Positions 7,638 through 17,215 of a stretch of DNA of 23,532 bases are shown in pieces. The DNA lies in NCBI GenBank assembly GCA_036170245.1, contig JAVHOV010000004.1:1-23532 (forward strand), in the 5' to 3' direction. The DNA comes from an archaeon (GTDB lineage: Archaea > Iainarchaeota > Iainarchaeia > Iainarchaeales > JAAZKV01). Below the pieces are notes generated by a model. That model had not been told where the DNA came from and ran no database searches. It saw nothing but the letters and a program-made list of their open reading frames with translations. Position 1 is the first letter of the stretch. Every line of letters starts with the position of its first letter. The translations under genes were made by a program, and so were the position numbers.

Positions 7638-9083
7638 TTATTCAATCCTTTTTAATGGATCAAATTCATACACAACAATATTTTTTGTTTCCATAAAACG
7701 AGTAAATTCCATTCTTTGATCAAACCATTCGAGTCCTGGAGCAAAATTAAAATCTTTATAATACACAAAAAACCCAGGTTCATTCAAAGAACTATAATAT
7801 CTAAAAAATCTTGATTCAGATTGATAAAAAGTAAGAACCTTAAAATTTGAATAATAGGCATAAAGCGGGAAAAGAAAATTAGTATATATTACAGTATCAT
7901 TCGAGTACCCCTTTTCTTTGAGTGTTTCCACAATAAATTGCTCTTCAGGAACCGTATTATCAATTAAAGGTCTATTCAAGTTCAAAATTGAGGGTGCAAA
8001 AGAAAAACAAATAAGCAACAACAGAATAACAAAAAAAAGGCTTTTTATTATAAAATTTTTCCTTACATTGATCCACTCCAATGCCAATAATATCCCATGC
8101 ACCCCAAGAAGAAGTGACGGAATTGCTAAAGGCAAAAGCAAATATCTATCCTCCTTATGGGGAGTAAAACACATGAAAATAAACAAAGCAAAGAACCAAA
8201 TTAAAAGAAACAAATCTGAATTGTTTATTTTCATGCTCACTTTTTGTTTTTTTGCTTTTACACTTTTATTAAACCAATAAAAAATTAAAAAGAAGATGCC
8301 AAAAAAAGCAAGCAAAGAAAAATACCAAGGAAGAATATTAACATAAAATAAAACTGGGGTGTCCCAACCAGATACTGCACGAGCTGCACGCTGAAAAAGC
8401 GGAATTGCACCTAAGCTATAAAAAATAAAAGCACTTAAAAGATACAAAAACAAAACAATTGACGCTCCAATAAAATTTTCTTTTGAAAAAATAGATTTGA
8501 TCAAATTTTTTCTTTTAGAAATAACAAAAAACACAGAAAACACTACAAAAAGAACTAAAAAATCTAAAAGAGCAGCATATCTCGTCAAAATAGTGAATCC
8601 TACAAAAATGCCTGAAAGATAACCAAAAATTGGCTTTTTTGATTTATAAAATAAAATAAAAAAATAAAAACTAAATGACAAAAAGGATAACCCTGGAACA
8701 TCAGCAAGCATAGTATTTGAACTTGAAACTAAAGCAGGCAGAAAACAGGCTATTAACGCAGTAATCCACCCCACTTTTTCATTATACAATTCTTTTCCAA
8801 TAAAATAAAACAGAATTACTCCAATAGAACCTAATAAAGAAGTTATTATTGAAGCAGTAAAAATATGATGCCAGAAAATAAATCCAATCCCAAACAATAC
8901 AGAAATTAATAAGGGCCGGTAAAAAAGCTCATCATAATTATTATCTTTGAATCCAAACAAAACATCCGCATTCTGCAAGTAACTACACTCATCCCAGCCG
9001 CAATAATTCTGCAAAGGAAAGAGCCTAAGTGAAAAAGCAACAATAAAAAGCAATATTAAAAATAAAATTGGAACTAACTTCAT
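7638..9083 (-). CDS. GT-C membrane glycosyltransferase (PMT_2/ArnT/GT39-like)
   Basis: First TM helix followed by WDE..Y, then RPLL, many TM helices, D.P, TRY and HKEDRY, with a soluble C-terminal domain. ATG 9083 chosen over TTG 9089. Confidence 0.85.
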   Translation of the reverse strand: MKLVPILFLILLFIVAFSLRLFPLQNYCGWDECSYLQNADVLFGFKDNNYDELFYRPLLISVLFGIGFIFWHHIFTASIITSLLGSIGVILFYFIGKELYNEKVGWITALIACFLPALVSSSNTMLADVPGLSFLSFSFYFFILFYKSKKPIFGYLSGIFVGFTILTRYAALLDFLVLFVVFSVFFVISKRKNLIKSIFSKENFIGASIVLFLYLLSAFIFYSLGAIPLFQRAARAVSGWDTPVLFYVNILPWYFSLLAFFGIFFLIFYWFNKSVKAKKQKVSMKINNSDLFLLIWFFALFIFMCFTPHKEDRYLLLPLAIPSLLLGVHGILLALEWINVRKNFIIKSLFFVILLLLICFSFAPSILNLNRPLIDNTVPEEQFIVETLKEKGYSNDTVIYTNFLFPLYAYYSNFKVLTFYQSESRFFRYYSSLNEPGFFVYYKDFNFAPGLEWFDQRMEFTRFMETKNIVVYEFDPLKRIE

Positions 9084-9271
9084 AAGCAAATCAATTGTTT
9101 TTACATATTTAATTCTTTACCCAAACCAAGGACCTTAAACAATACATTTACCCCCTCCTTCTTTGTGCTTTTAACAACCTTTTTAAAGGTTTCATGAGAG
9201 AATTAATTTACAATGAGCTTGAAAAACAGCTAATTTTTAGTAAATAAATTAAGTTTAAAATGGTGAGCAAA

Positions 9272-10084
9272 ATGGGACTAAGACCAGCAAGATGTTATAG
9301 AGGAAAAAAAGTTAGATTAAGAAAAGGATCTAGTGGGCACGCAAGACAAACATGCATACAAAGAGCAAACACTAGAGTTGCAATCAATGTTCCTGATAAG
9401 AATTATATCGGAGCTGCACCACAATTGAAAATAAGACAATTCAACATGGGTAACCCTTTATTGCCTTATGATACTGTTGGAGATTTGGTTTCAAAAGACG
9501 CACTTGATATTAGAGATAATGCTATTGAAAGTGTAAGAAGCGGAGTTAACAGAATGCTAGTTAAGGCATTAGGAAAAGACGGTTACTTCATGAAAGTAAG
9601 AATTTTCCCATCTCACATAATGAGAGAAAATAAGCAAGCTCAGGGAGCTGGAGCTGATCGTGTTTCACAAGGAATGACTCTGCCATTTGGAATCCCAATT
9701 GGAAGAACATCAAGAGTTCGAAAAGGACAAGCATTATACAGTGTTCTTTGCATGAGTACTCAAAAAGATATTGTAAGGAAATGCTTACTAAGAGCAAAAT
9801 CAAAATTGCCTTGCAAAACACAAGTTGAGTTCCACAATGATATTAAGAGTTTAGGAACACTACCTTCAAAAGCAATCGAAGAAAAAGTAGTAGAAGTGAA
9901 GGTTGCAGAAGGAGCAGCAGCTACAGGTGCAGCAGGAACAACACCCGCAGCAGATGCAGCAACAGCAGGAAAGACACCTGCACCAGGAAAAGGACAAGCA
10001 GGAGCAAAAGTAGGCGCAGCAGGAACAACACCAGCTGCAGGGAAAACTCCCGCACCAGCAGCAAAACCAGCTGGAAAGAAATAA
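9272..10084 (+). CDS. rpl10e: 50S ribosomal protein L10e (uL16) with low-complexity C-terminal tail
   Basis: MGLRPARCYR, IRDNAIESVR, RENKQAQGAGADRVSQGM..PFG.PIG and AKSKLP. SD-like GGTGA at 9262-9266 favours ATG 9272 over 9260. Confidence 0.95.
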   Translation: MGLRPARCYRGKKVRLRKGSSGHARQTCIQRANTRVAINVPDKNYIGAAPQLKIRQFNMGNPLLPYDTVGDLVSKDALDIRDNAIESVRSGVNRMLVKALGKDGYFMKVRIFPSHIMRENKQAQGAGADRVSQGMTLPFGIPIGRTSRVRKGQALYSVLCMSTQKDIVRKCLLRAKSKLPCKTQVEFHNDIKSLGTLPSKAIEEKVVEVKVAEGAAATGAAGTTPAADAATAGKTPAPGKGQAGAKVGAAGTTPAAGKTPAPAAKPAGKK

Positions 10085-10096
10085 GGTTAGTTTTAA

Positions 10097-10128
10097 TTTG
10101 TGAAGCACTTAAAAAAGTGTTTCACAAA
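10097..10128. terminator. Hairpin between convergent rpl10e and peptidase E, putative terminator or stabiliser
   Basis: TTTGTGAAGCACTT-AAAA-AAGTGTTTCACAAA forms a 14-bp stem with one G.T pair and is followed by T runs on the + strand. Confidence 0.6.
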
Positions 10129-10146
10129 AATCTTTTTTTAAATTTT

Positions 10147-10917
10147 TTAATTCTTTTTAACTAAGTCACTAACTAGAACCCATTTATTTTTTATCAATTT
10201 TTCTTGGAAATATTTTCCTTTTGACCAAAATATTTTATAGCCATTTGCACTTGACTTTGAAGTAATTAATCTTGCTTCATTTCCAATCACTTCAATGGCA
10301 GAACAATTATCTAAAGCTATAGCAACCCCACTAGTTTTTTTCATCATCTTCTTTAAACTCAAAGGTCTATCCTTTTCTTTATCAAAGTGAGGACACAAAA
10401 GGGCAGGAACAAAATTTAGACATTTTAATTTTATATAATCAGCGTTTTTGTTTTTGAATTTTAAAGAATCAGAATTTCCTAGTTTAAACCAGCAAATGGC
10501 CCCCGCACTTAAACCAGAAAGAACAATTCCTCTGCTTCTTGCTTTCTCTAACATTTTGTCAACGCCAAATTTCTTCCAAATTCTTAACATTTTTAGAGTA
10601 TTCCCTCCGCCAACATAAATAATATCCGCAGAAAGAATCTTTTTTTCAATTTCTAATTTTGAATGCTTTTGTTTCTTCAAAAGCAATGAGTCAACAATAC
10701 AGCCAAGTTTTTTTCCAAAATAGTTTTCTACAACGCTAACATAACCGCTAGAATCTCCGCTAGCTGTGGGCAAAAATAAAAGTTTAGGTTTTTTTGATTT
10801 TTTTGAAATTCTAATTATTTCTTTATCAATAGAAACAGTTTCGATTGGATAAAATCCACCACCCTCCTTAGGCCTCCCTATCTCACCCCCTCCTATTGCT
10901 ACAATTTTTTGAATCAA
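10147..10917 (-). CDS. pepE: Peptidase E / S51 family (class I glutamine amidotransferase-like)
   Basis: IVAIGGGE, FLPTAS, YVGGGNT, nucleophile elbow GLSAGA and CPH. Start uncertain: TTG 10917 (after SD-like GACGTGA) or GTG 10947. Confidence 0.85.
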   Translation of the reverse strand: MIQKIVAIGGGEIGRPKEGGGFYPIETVSIDKEIIRISKKSKKPKLLFLPTASGDSSGYVSVVENYFGKKLGCIVDSLLLKKQKHSKLEIEKKILSADIIYVGGGNTLKMLRIWKKFGVDKMLEKARSRGIVLSGLSAGAICWFKLGNSDSLKFKNKNADYIKLKCLNFVPALLCPHFDKEKDRPLSLKKMMKKTSGVAIALDNCSAIEVIGNEARLITSKSSANGYKIFWSKGKYFQEKLIKNKWVLVSDLVKKN

Positions 10918-11033
10918 TAATCTCACGTCCTGCACAGTAAAGTGCACAAAGAAACTTATTTTTTATTGAATATAAAGCATTAGTTTTAATTAATGTAATA
11001 AAGAATACATTAACAAAAATACAAAAACTAAAT

Positions 11034-11645
11034 TTAAGAAAAAGCTGATTCTATTTTATTGATTCCGGCTGAGGAAAGGAGTTCGAATCCTTCCCCATCA
11101 TAATCAAATTCCACTATTGCGCAATCACTAATTTCACTCACTTCAAAGCCAAGTAATTCTCTGAAAATTACTGTTATAGGCCCTCCGTGTGTTACAAACG
11201 CAATTGCTTTTGTACCGCTTTCAAATTCATCATTGACAATCTCATTAAACGCTTTTGTAACTCTCTCTGCAAATTTATAATAATCTTCAGAACCAGTAAC
11301 ATGGTGATAAGGATTATTTGCTTCTAAGTCCTCAACATCATCAGGAAACTTTTCTTGCGCTTCACTTTTAACCATCCCAGTCATTACACCATACTGATTT
11401 CTTTCCCGTAAATCAGTAACACTGACAAGTTCAAACAAAACTTTCTTTTTTAAAATCAAAGCAGTTTCAACTGCACGAATTTTGGGACTAACAAAAAGTT
11501 TTGTAATTTCTTTCCCTTTTAATTTTTCTGCAAGTTCGTGAGCCTGCATCATCCCCTTTGTTGAAAGAGAATCATCATAATCTCCTCCGTAACGGTTCTC
11601 AACATCACCAGTAGTCTGGCCGTGTCTTACTAGAAATATTTTCAT
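11034..11645 (-). CDS. Histidine phosphatase family protein (phosphoglycerate mutase-like)
   Basis: LVRHGQT, LS..G..QA, SP..RA.ETA, LRE and VTHGG motifs. Confidence 0.9.
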   Translation of the reverse strand: MKIFLVRHGQTTGDVENRYGGDYDDSLSTKGMMQAHELAEKLKGKEITKLFVSPKIRAVETALILKKKVLFELVSVTDLRERNQYGVMTGMVKSEAQEKFPDDVEDLEANNPYHHVTGSEDYYKFAERVTKAFNEIVNDEFESGTKAIAFVTHGGPITVIFRELLGFEVSEISDCAIVEFDYDGEGFELLSSAGINKIESAFS

Positions 11646-11677
11646 GCTTCAACCTAAAGAAAACCTTAATCGGAATC

Positions 11678-11685
11678 TTTTTAAA
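11678..11685 (+). promoter_or_regulatory. Putative TATA box for ppsA (leaderless)
   Basis: TTTTTAAA ends about 25 nt upstream of ATG 11710, in the short divergent intergenic gap. Confidence 0.45.
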
Positions 11686-11709
11686 CATAAAAACAATCAC
11701 TATTGCAAC

Positions 11710-14700
11710 ATGCAAAACATACTTTGGTTTAGAGAAATCAACATGCAGAATATTGCAGAAGTTGGTGGAAAAGGAGCTTCACTAGGCGAAATGGAACAAA
11801 ACGGATTCCCTGTACCTACTGGATTTATTGTTACAAGCGGAGCATACTTTACATTTTTGCAGGAAACTAAAATACAGCAAAAAATCGTCCAAATGATTGA
11901 TGCAATAGATGTTGAAAATACTGCACAGCTTGAAGAAGTGAGTGCAAAAGTTCGAAAAATAATTGAGAATACTCCAATCATTCTAAAAATAAAATCAGAA
12001 ATTACTGCTAATTATAATATTCTTTCGCAAGGAACTCCTTGTTTAGTTGCTGTCAGAAGCAGTGCAACTGCAGAAGATTTGCCTGAAGCTTCATTTGCAG
12101 GACAACAAGAAACTTACTTAAATATTCAAGGACCTGAGGAAGTTGCAAGTGCAGTTCAAAGATGCTGGGCATCACTATTCACTGCAAGAGCAGTATACTA
12201 CAGAAAAAAACAAGGATTTGGAACTGAAAAAGTCGGTCTTTGCGCAGTAGTACAGAAAATGGTTGAGAGCGACGTGAGCGGAATAATGTTCACTGCAGAC
12301 CCTACTGGAGACAGAGAAACAATTGTAATTGAAGCAGGATTTGGACTCGGAGAAACAATTGTTTCAGGAAGCGTTACACCAGATAATTATGTTGTTGACA
12401 AATCAACGATGAAACTTGTAAGTAAAAAAATACTAAAACAAGAATGGATGCTTGTAAAAGAAGGAAAAGAAAATATTAGAGTAAACCTTGGACACGGAAA
12501 AAGCGATGTTCAAAAAATGAGTGACGAAAAAATAATTGAACTAGCGCAAATAGGAAAAAAAATAGAAGAGCACTACACAAAGCCAATGGATATAGAATGG
12601 GCAATGCAGGATGATGTTTTGTACATTGTACAAGCAAGACCAATTACAACATTAAAGAGCAAAGGTGACGGAGAAGAAATTGTAACAAGTGTGAAACCTA
12701 TTCTTGAAGGCTTACCTGCTTCGCCAGGAGTAATAACTGGAATCGTAAGAATAGTTCCTGAAATTGATGATATTGAAAAAGTAATGAAAGGAGATATTTT
12801 AGTAACAAAAATGACTTCACCATCTTGGGTTCCTGTAATGAAAAAAGCAAGCGGGATAATCACTAATGAAGGTGGTAGAACCTGCTTTGATGGAGAAACT
12901 AAACTTTTAACCAACCAAGGTTTTATGACATTTAAACAAATACATGAAAAAGGATTTGACGGACTTAAAGTAATATCTTTCAACAAGCAAACAAGGAAGA
13001 CTGAGTGGAAGCCGATTATATTTTCAATGAAACGAACTGCCCCAAAAATTACAATAAGTGTTTCACAATCAGGAAGAATCGACCACAATACAATTACACT
13101 CACCCCTGACCATAAAATGATTAACTTAAGAAATGCAGAAATAGTAGATACTGAAATACAAGAAATGCTAACTAAAAACGAAATGATTTGTATAGCACAC
13201 CATATTCCTGCACTAAGTGAAGCATCTGAAAAAGACCAAAAAATGGCTTATTTCCTTGGAGGAATAATGACTGATGGATCTATTTACCAATCACGCACAC
13301 ACGGAGAAGTTCAATTCATACAAAAAAATACTCTTGAAAAACAAGAATTCATTCAATACATGAATGATTGTGCAAAAACTTCATTCAATAAAGAATTTGC
13401 AATTTCAGAGAAAAAAATATCAAGCGGGTTTATAAGAGGAAATAAAGTAGAAGGAAGTGCAACAGCATATCGACTTTATTCAAAACAAATTGCTCAAGAA
13501 GTTAATACTGAAGAACAACAAATCACCCAAACATTATTGCAAGGAAATGAAGAAATAGCCTACAACTTCTTAGCAGGAGTGATTGATGGAGACGGCACAT
13601 TTTTTAACAACAGAATTAACATTTATGTTTCTGAAGAAAACTTATTACAAGGAGTTATAATCGCTTGTTTAAGAATTGACACAATACCCCAAGTAACAAG
13701 AAATAGAAATATATTCAATGTCCAAATTGTAGAAAAACTTGAGGAAATATTAAAACACACTAAAAGAGTAAAAGGGGATTTGAGAAAACAAAAAATCCAG
13801 ACAAGATTTTTTTCTGCAAAACAAGTTCAAACAAATGATTCGCCATACAGATTAATTGAAAGAGCTAAAAAAGATTTGTATATTTCAGACAAAGATTTAT
13901 TTAAAATTCAAAATCCAAAAGTGCAAGCAATTCTTAACAGCGATATTAGAATGCAGAGAATGATTAAAACGGATTTTGAAGAAATGGGGGATGTATACAA
14001 TATCACAGTAGACGACACCCATACATATTTGGTTTTTACTAAAAATTTAACCCCCCTTATTGTAAATAATTGCCATGCTGCAATAGTTTCTCGAGAACTA
14101 GGAATACCTTGCGTTGTTGGAACTAGCACTGCTACTGAATTATTAAAAGACGGAGAAGAAGTAACAATTGACGGATTCAACGGAAAAATTTACGAAGGAA
14201 AAATAAGTATTACTCATACAAAAAAAGAAATAGAAATGCTTAATGAGAATGAAGTTGACGAAGTAGAAGAAGCACTAGAAAAAGAATATGTTGAAGAAAA
14301 AATTGAAGTAAAAAAGAGAATTGGTTTGATTGAGAAAGTATTTGGCGGAATCAAATACAAAGAAATGAATAAAGATCAAAAAGCAGAAGAAGAAAAAGAA
14401 CTGCTTGAATTACTAAAAGACTTATCAATTAAAGTAAAAGTAAACGTTGCACTCCCTGATGCTGCTGAAAGTGCAGCCGCAACACACGCTGACGGAGTAG
14501 GACTACTCAGAGCAGAACACATGATTACTTCAAGCGGAATGCATCCTGCTGAATACATCAGACAAAATAAAGACACTGAACTAAAAGACAATGTGAAAAA
14601 AGGAATAAGATTAGTTGCTGAAAAATTCTCAGGACCAGTTTGGTTTAGAACGTTTGATGCAAGAAGCGATGAATACAAAGAACTAATCGGCGGAGACAAA

Positions 14701-15297
14701 GAACCAAAAGAAGAAAACCCAATGATTGGATGGCACGGAATTCGAAGAGACCTTGACGAAGACAGAATGCTAAAAGCACAATTAATTGCAATAAAAGAAT
14801 TATACTCCGAAGGAATAAAGAATGTTGGAGTAATGCTGCCATTTGTAATAAGCCTTGACGAAGTACTTGGAGCTAAAAAAATAATGCAGGAAATCGGACT
14901 GCCAAAAGAAGTTGATATAGGAGTAATGGTTGAAACTCCAGCAGCAGTATGGGTAATTGATGAATTAATCCCGCACATTAAATTCGTTTCATTTGGAACA
15001 AATGACCTAACACAACTAACACTAGGAATTGACAGAAATAATGAAAGAGTTCAAAAGAGCTTCTCAGAACTGCACCCAGCAATCTTGCGACAGCTTGAAT
15101 ATGTAATCAAGAAATGCAAAGCTGCAGGCGTTACTACAAGTATCTGCGGACAAGCTGCTTCAAACCCAGATATGGTAAAGAAACTAATCTGGTACGGAAT
15201 AGATTCAGTATCTGCAAACATTGATGCAGTTGAAGAAATCAGAAAAGTTGTGATATTAGAAGAAAAGAAAAAAGTACTTGAAATGTTTCGAAAATAA
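11710..15297 (+). CDS. ppsA: Phosphoenolpyruvate synthase (pyruvate, water dikinase), intein-containing
   Basis: VGGKGASLGE, VAVRSSATAEDLPEASFAGQQET, DIEWA, QARPIT, spliced GGRTCHAAIVSRELG phospho-His motif, GLLRAE, FGTNDLTQ and SICGQ. Start set to ATG 11710 (MQNILWF). Confidence 0.95.
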   Translation: MQNILWFREINMQNIAEVGGKGASLGEMEQNGFPVPTGFIVTSGAYFTFLQETKIQQKIVQMIDAIDVENTAQLEEVSAKVRKIIENTPIILKIKSEITANYNILSQGTPCLVAVRSSATAEDLPEASFAGQQETYLNIQGPEEVASAVQRCWASLFTARAVYYRKKQGFGTEKVGLCAVVQKMVESDVSGIMFTADPTGDRETIVIEAGFGLGETIVSGSVTPDNYVVDKSTMKLVSKKILKQEWMLVKEGKENIRVNLGHGKSDVQKMSDEKIIELAQIGKKIEEHYTKPMDIEWAMQDDVLYIVQARPITTLKSKGDGEEIVTSVKPILEGLPASPGVITGIVRIVPEIDDIEKVMKGDILVTKMTSPSWVPVMKKASGIITNEGGRTCFDGETKLLTNQGFMTFKQIHEKGFDGLKVISFNKQTRKTEWKPIIFSMKRTAPKITISVSQSGRIDHNTITLTPDHKMINLRNAEIVDTEIQEMLTKNEMICIAHHIPALSEASEKDQKMAYFLGGIMTDGSIYQSRTHGEVQFIQKNTLEKQEFIQYMNDCAKTSFNKEFAISEKKISSGFIRGNKVEGSATAYRLYSKQIAQEVNTEEQQITQTLLQGNEEIAYNFLAGVIDGDGTFFNNRINIYVSEENLLQGVIIACLRIDTIPQVTRNRNIFNVQIVEKLEEILKHTKRVKGDLRKQKIQTRFFSAKQVQTNDSPYRLIERAKKDLYISDKDLFKIQNPKVQAILNSDIRMQRMIKTDFEEMGDVYNITVDDTHTYLVFTKNLTPLIVNNCHAAIVSRELGIPCVVGTSTATELLKDGEEVTIDGFNGKIYEGKISITHTKKEIEMLNENEVDEVEEALEKEYVEEKIEVKKRIGLIEKVFGGIKYKEMNKDQKAEEEKELLELLKDLSIKVKVNVALPDAAESAAATHADGVGLLRAEHMITSSGMHPAEYIRQNKDTELKDNVKKGIRLVAEKFSGPVWFRTFDARSDEYKELIGGDKEPKEENPMIGWHGIRRDLDEDRMLKAQLIAIKELYSEGIKNVGVMLPFVISLDEVLGAKKIMQEIGLPKEVDIGVMVETPAAVWVIDELIPHIKFVSFGTNDLTQLTLGIDRNNERVQKSFSELHPAILRQLEYVIKKCKAAGVTTSICGQAASNPDMVKKLIWYGIDSVSANIDAVEEIRKVVILEEKKKVLEMFRK
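12883..14070 (+). mobile_element. Intein (396 aa) with LAGLIDADG homing endonuclease
   Basis: Junctions T/CFDGETK and LIVNN/C. Block B ITLTPDH, endonuclease motifs FLGGIMTDG and FLAGVIDGDG, block F VYNITV. Removing it restores GGRTCHAAIVSRELG. Confidence 0.93.
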
Positions 15298-15353
15298 ACT
15301 CTTAATTTTCAAGCAAAATAAGCAATTTAACCCTTTCTAAACAGTACTTTACT

Positions 15354-16340
15354 ATGCTACAACTTGATTTAACTAATGCTATAAAAGACCTAAAAAAAAT
15401 AAAGGCAAAAAACGTATTCTTGCAAATCCCTGAAGGATTAAAAGTCAAAACTGAAGGAATTATTGCTGAACTTGAGGAAAAAGGATTTAATGTTACTACT
15501 TCAATGGACCCATGCTACGGTGCATGTGATATTAAACAATCAGAAGCAAAACAAATGGGATGTGACGCAATACTTCATTTAGGGCACACAAAATTTGTTG
15601 AAAAAAGTTCAATTCCAATTGTATATGTTCCGCTAAAATATGATTTAGGAGATAGATTCTCTCGAATTGTTAAAATAATTATTGAATATCTGCATGATGA
15701 GAAAATAACTGAAGTTGGATTAACCACTACTGCACAATTCTTGAACTATTTGCCAGAAATAAAAAAGGAACTTGAAAAAGAAAAAATAAAATGTGTCATA
15801 GGAAAAGGAAAAAGAGTAGAAGACGGACAGGTATTAGGATGCAACTACTCAAGTGCACAAGTAAAAGCAGAAAATATAATTTACCTTGGAGACGGATTAT
15901 TTCACCCGCTTGGGATACACTTCTCAACCCAGAAGAAAGTAATTATTGCAAACCCTTTAATGCTTGAAATAAAAACCTTAAACGAAGAGAAAGACAAATT
16001 TATCAGACAAAGAATTTTACTTATTGAAAGAGCAAAGAATGCCACAGAGTATGCAATACTTGTAACTACAAAAGAAGGACAAAACAGAATCACTGAAGCA
16101 CTGAAGATAAAAAAGGATTTAGAAAAAGCTGGCAAAAAAGCAAAAATATATTCAATGGATTTTATTTCACAAGAAGCACTCTTAGGAATTAACGCAGAGG
16201 CATTCATCAATACAGCATGCCCAAGAATTTCAATTGATGATTACTTTAATTACAAAAAACCAATTATTAATTACACTGAAGTTGAGTACATGCTTGGGAA
16301 GAAGAGCTACGACAACTTTAGTTTAGCGGTTGTTTACTAA
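15354..16340 (+). CDS. dph2: Diphthamide biosynthesis radical-SAM enzyme Dph2
   Basis: LQIPEGLK, the three Fe-S cysteines in PCYGACD, GQVLGC and TACPRI, and GDGLFH. Confidence 0.93.
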   Translation: MLQLDLTNAIKDLKKIKAKNVFLQIPEGLKVKTEGIIAELEEKGFNVTTSMDPCYGACDIKQSEAKQMGCDAILHLGHTKFVEKSSIPIVYVPLKYDLGDRFSRIVKIIIEYLHDEKITEVGLTTTAQFLNYLPEIKKELEKEKIKCVIGKGKRVEDGQVLGCNYSSAQVKAENIIYLGDGLFHPLGIHFSTQKKVIIANPLMLEIKTLNEEKDKFIRQRILLIERAKNATEYAILVTTKEGQNRITEALKIKKDLEKAGKKAKIYSMDFISQEALLGINAEAFINTACPRISIDDYFNYKKPIINYTEVEYMLGKKSYDNFSLAVVY

Positions 16341-16342
16341 TT

Positions 16343-17215
16343 TTATTCTAAATTCTCTTCAGAATTGTTTGAAGAAGATTCAGTTCTAACAATTGTTCCC
16401 TTAAATTCTAATCCTCTAATGCAGTTCTTGAAATTATTTAAATCTTCTCCACTAATGAAAGAAGATCTTATTTTGCTTCTCTGAATTATTGCTGCTGCAT
16501 GAGGGTCAACAAAAGTATGTGCACCTGGTTTTGAAGCCTGAGCTTTCAACAAAGAAACCATTTTTACATGAGATAATTCCTTGTACATTTTTGCATTAGG
16601 TTCAGCTTTAGGATCCGCACTGTAAATTCCATCAACGTTGCTCAAATTAACAAACTCTGCATTCATCATTTCTGCAATTATTGCAGCAACTGAATCAGTT
16701 GTTTGACCAGGAGTTGTCCCTCCAAATACAGGAGTCTTTCCCAAAAGAAGAACATTCTCTGCCTGTTTTGGATCAATTAGAACCTCTTTCCAAGCATTAT
16801 CAATAATATGAGTGAAAAGCATTGCATTAGCTCTTGTAATTTGAATAGCAACCTCATCCAAGTCAAAGTTATTTGCTCCAAGAGCTTTCGCTCCTGCCTG
16901 GTAAACTCTAGCAACTCTTCCCCCTCCAACAACTATTACAAATTCATAACCATCACGCTTCAATTCATTAATTGTTTCACAGAACTTTGCAATCTCAGGA
17001 GCCCTTAATTTATCACTGAAAAAAACACTTCCACCAACACTCAAAACAAAAGTCTTGCTTCTAATTGAAGAATAATTTGAATTATAGGAATCACTTGTAG
17101 AAGAAGTTGAAGACTGAGAATATTCGCTTGAATTGGAAGAAGACTCATTAGAAGTAGTAGTTGAAGAAGATTCACTCTTTGGCGTACCATCAAACTTTTC
17201 AAATAAATCAAACAT
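16343..17215 (-). CDS. pyrH: UMP kinase, archaeal type, with Ser-rich N-terminal extension
   Basis: VLSVGGS, VVGGG, LD..AI..TR.NA, GGT.PGQTTD and NVDGIY..DP. SD GGAGGAG favours ATG 17215 over 17230. Confidence 0.92.
   Translation of the reverse strand: MFDLFEKFDGTPKSESSSTTTSNESSSNSSEYSQSSTSSTSDSYNSNYSSIRSKTFVLSVGGSVFFSDKLRAPEIAKFCETINELKRDGYEFVIVVGGGRVARVYQAGAKALGANNFDLDEVAIQITRANAMLFTHIIDNAWKEVLIDPKQAENVLLLGKTPVFGGTTPGQTTDSVAAIIAEMMNAEFVNLSNVDGIYSADPKAEPNAKMYKELSHVKMVSLLKAQASKPGAHTFVDPHAAAIIQRSKIRSSFISGEDLNNFKNCIRGLEFKGTIVRTESSSNNSEENLE

Noticed and set aside
9109..9147. 12-codon ORF (MYCLRSLVWVKN, minus strand) after GGAGGGGG, upstream of the GT-C gene
   Set aside because: SD spacing is only 3 nt, the ORF is too short to assess, and there is no other support.
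7567..9200. Integrated element at tRNA-Cys
   Set aside because: No integrase and no duplicated tRNA 3' end (att site) seen downstream within the window.
9866..10108. Cys-rich 80-aa ORF resembling a metallothionein
   Set aside because: It is the antisense shadow of GCA (Ala) codons in the rpl10e tail.
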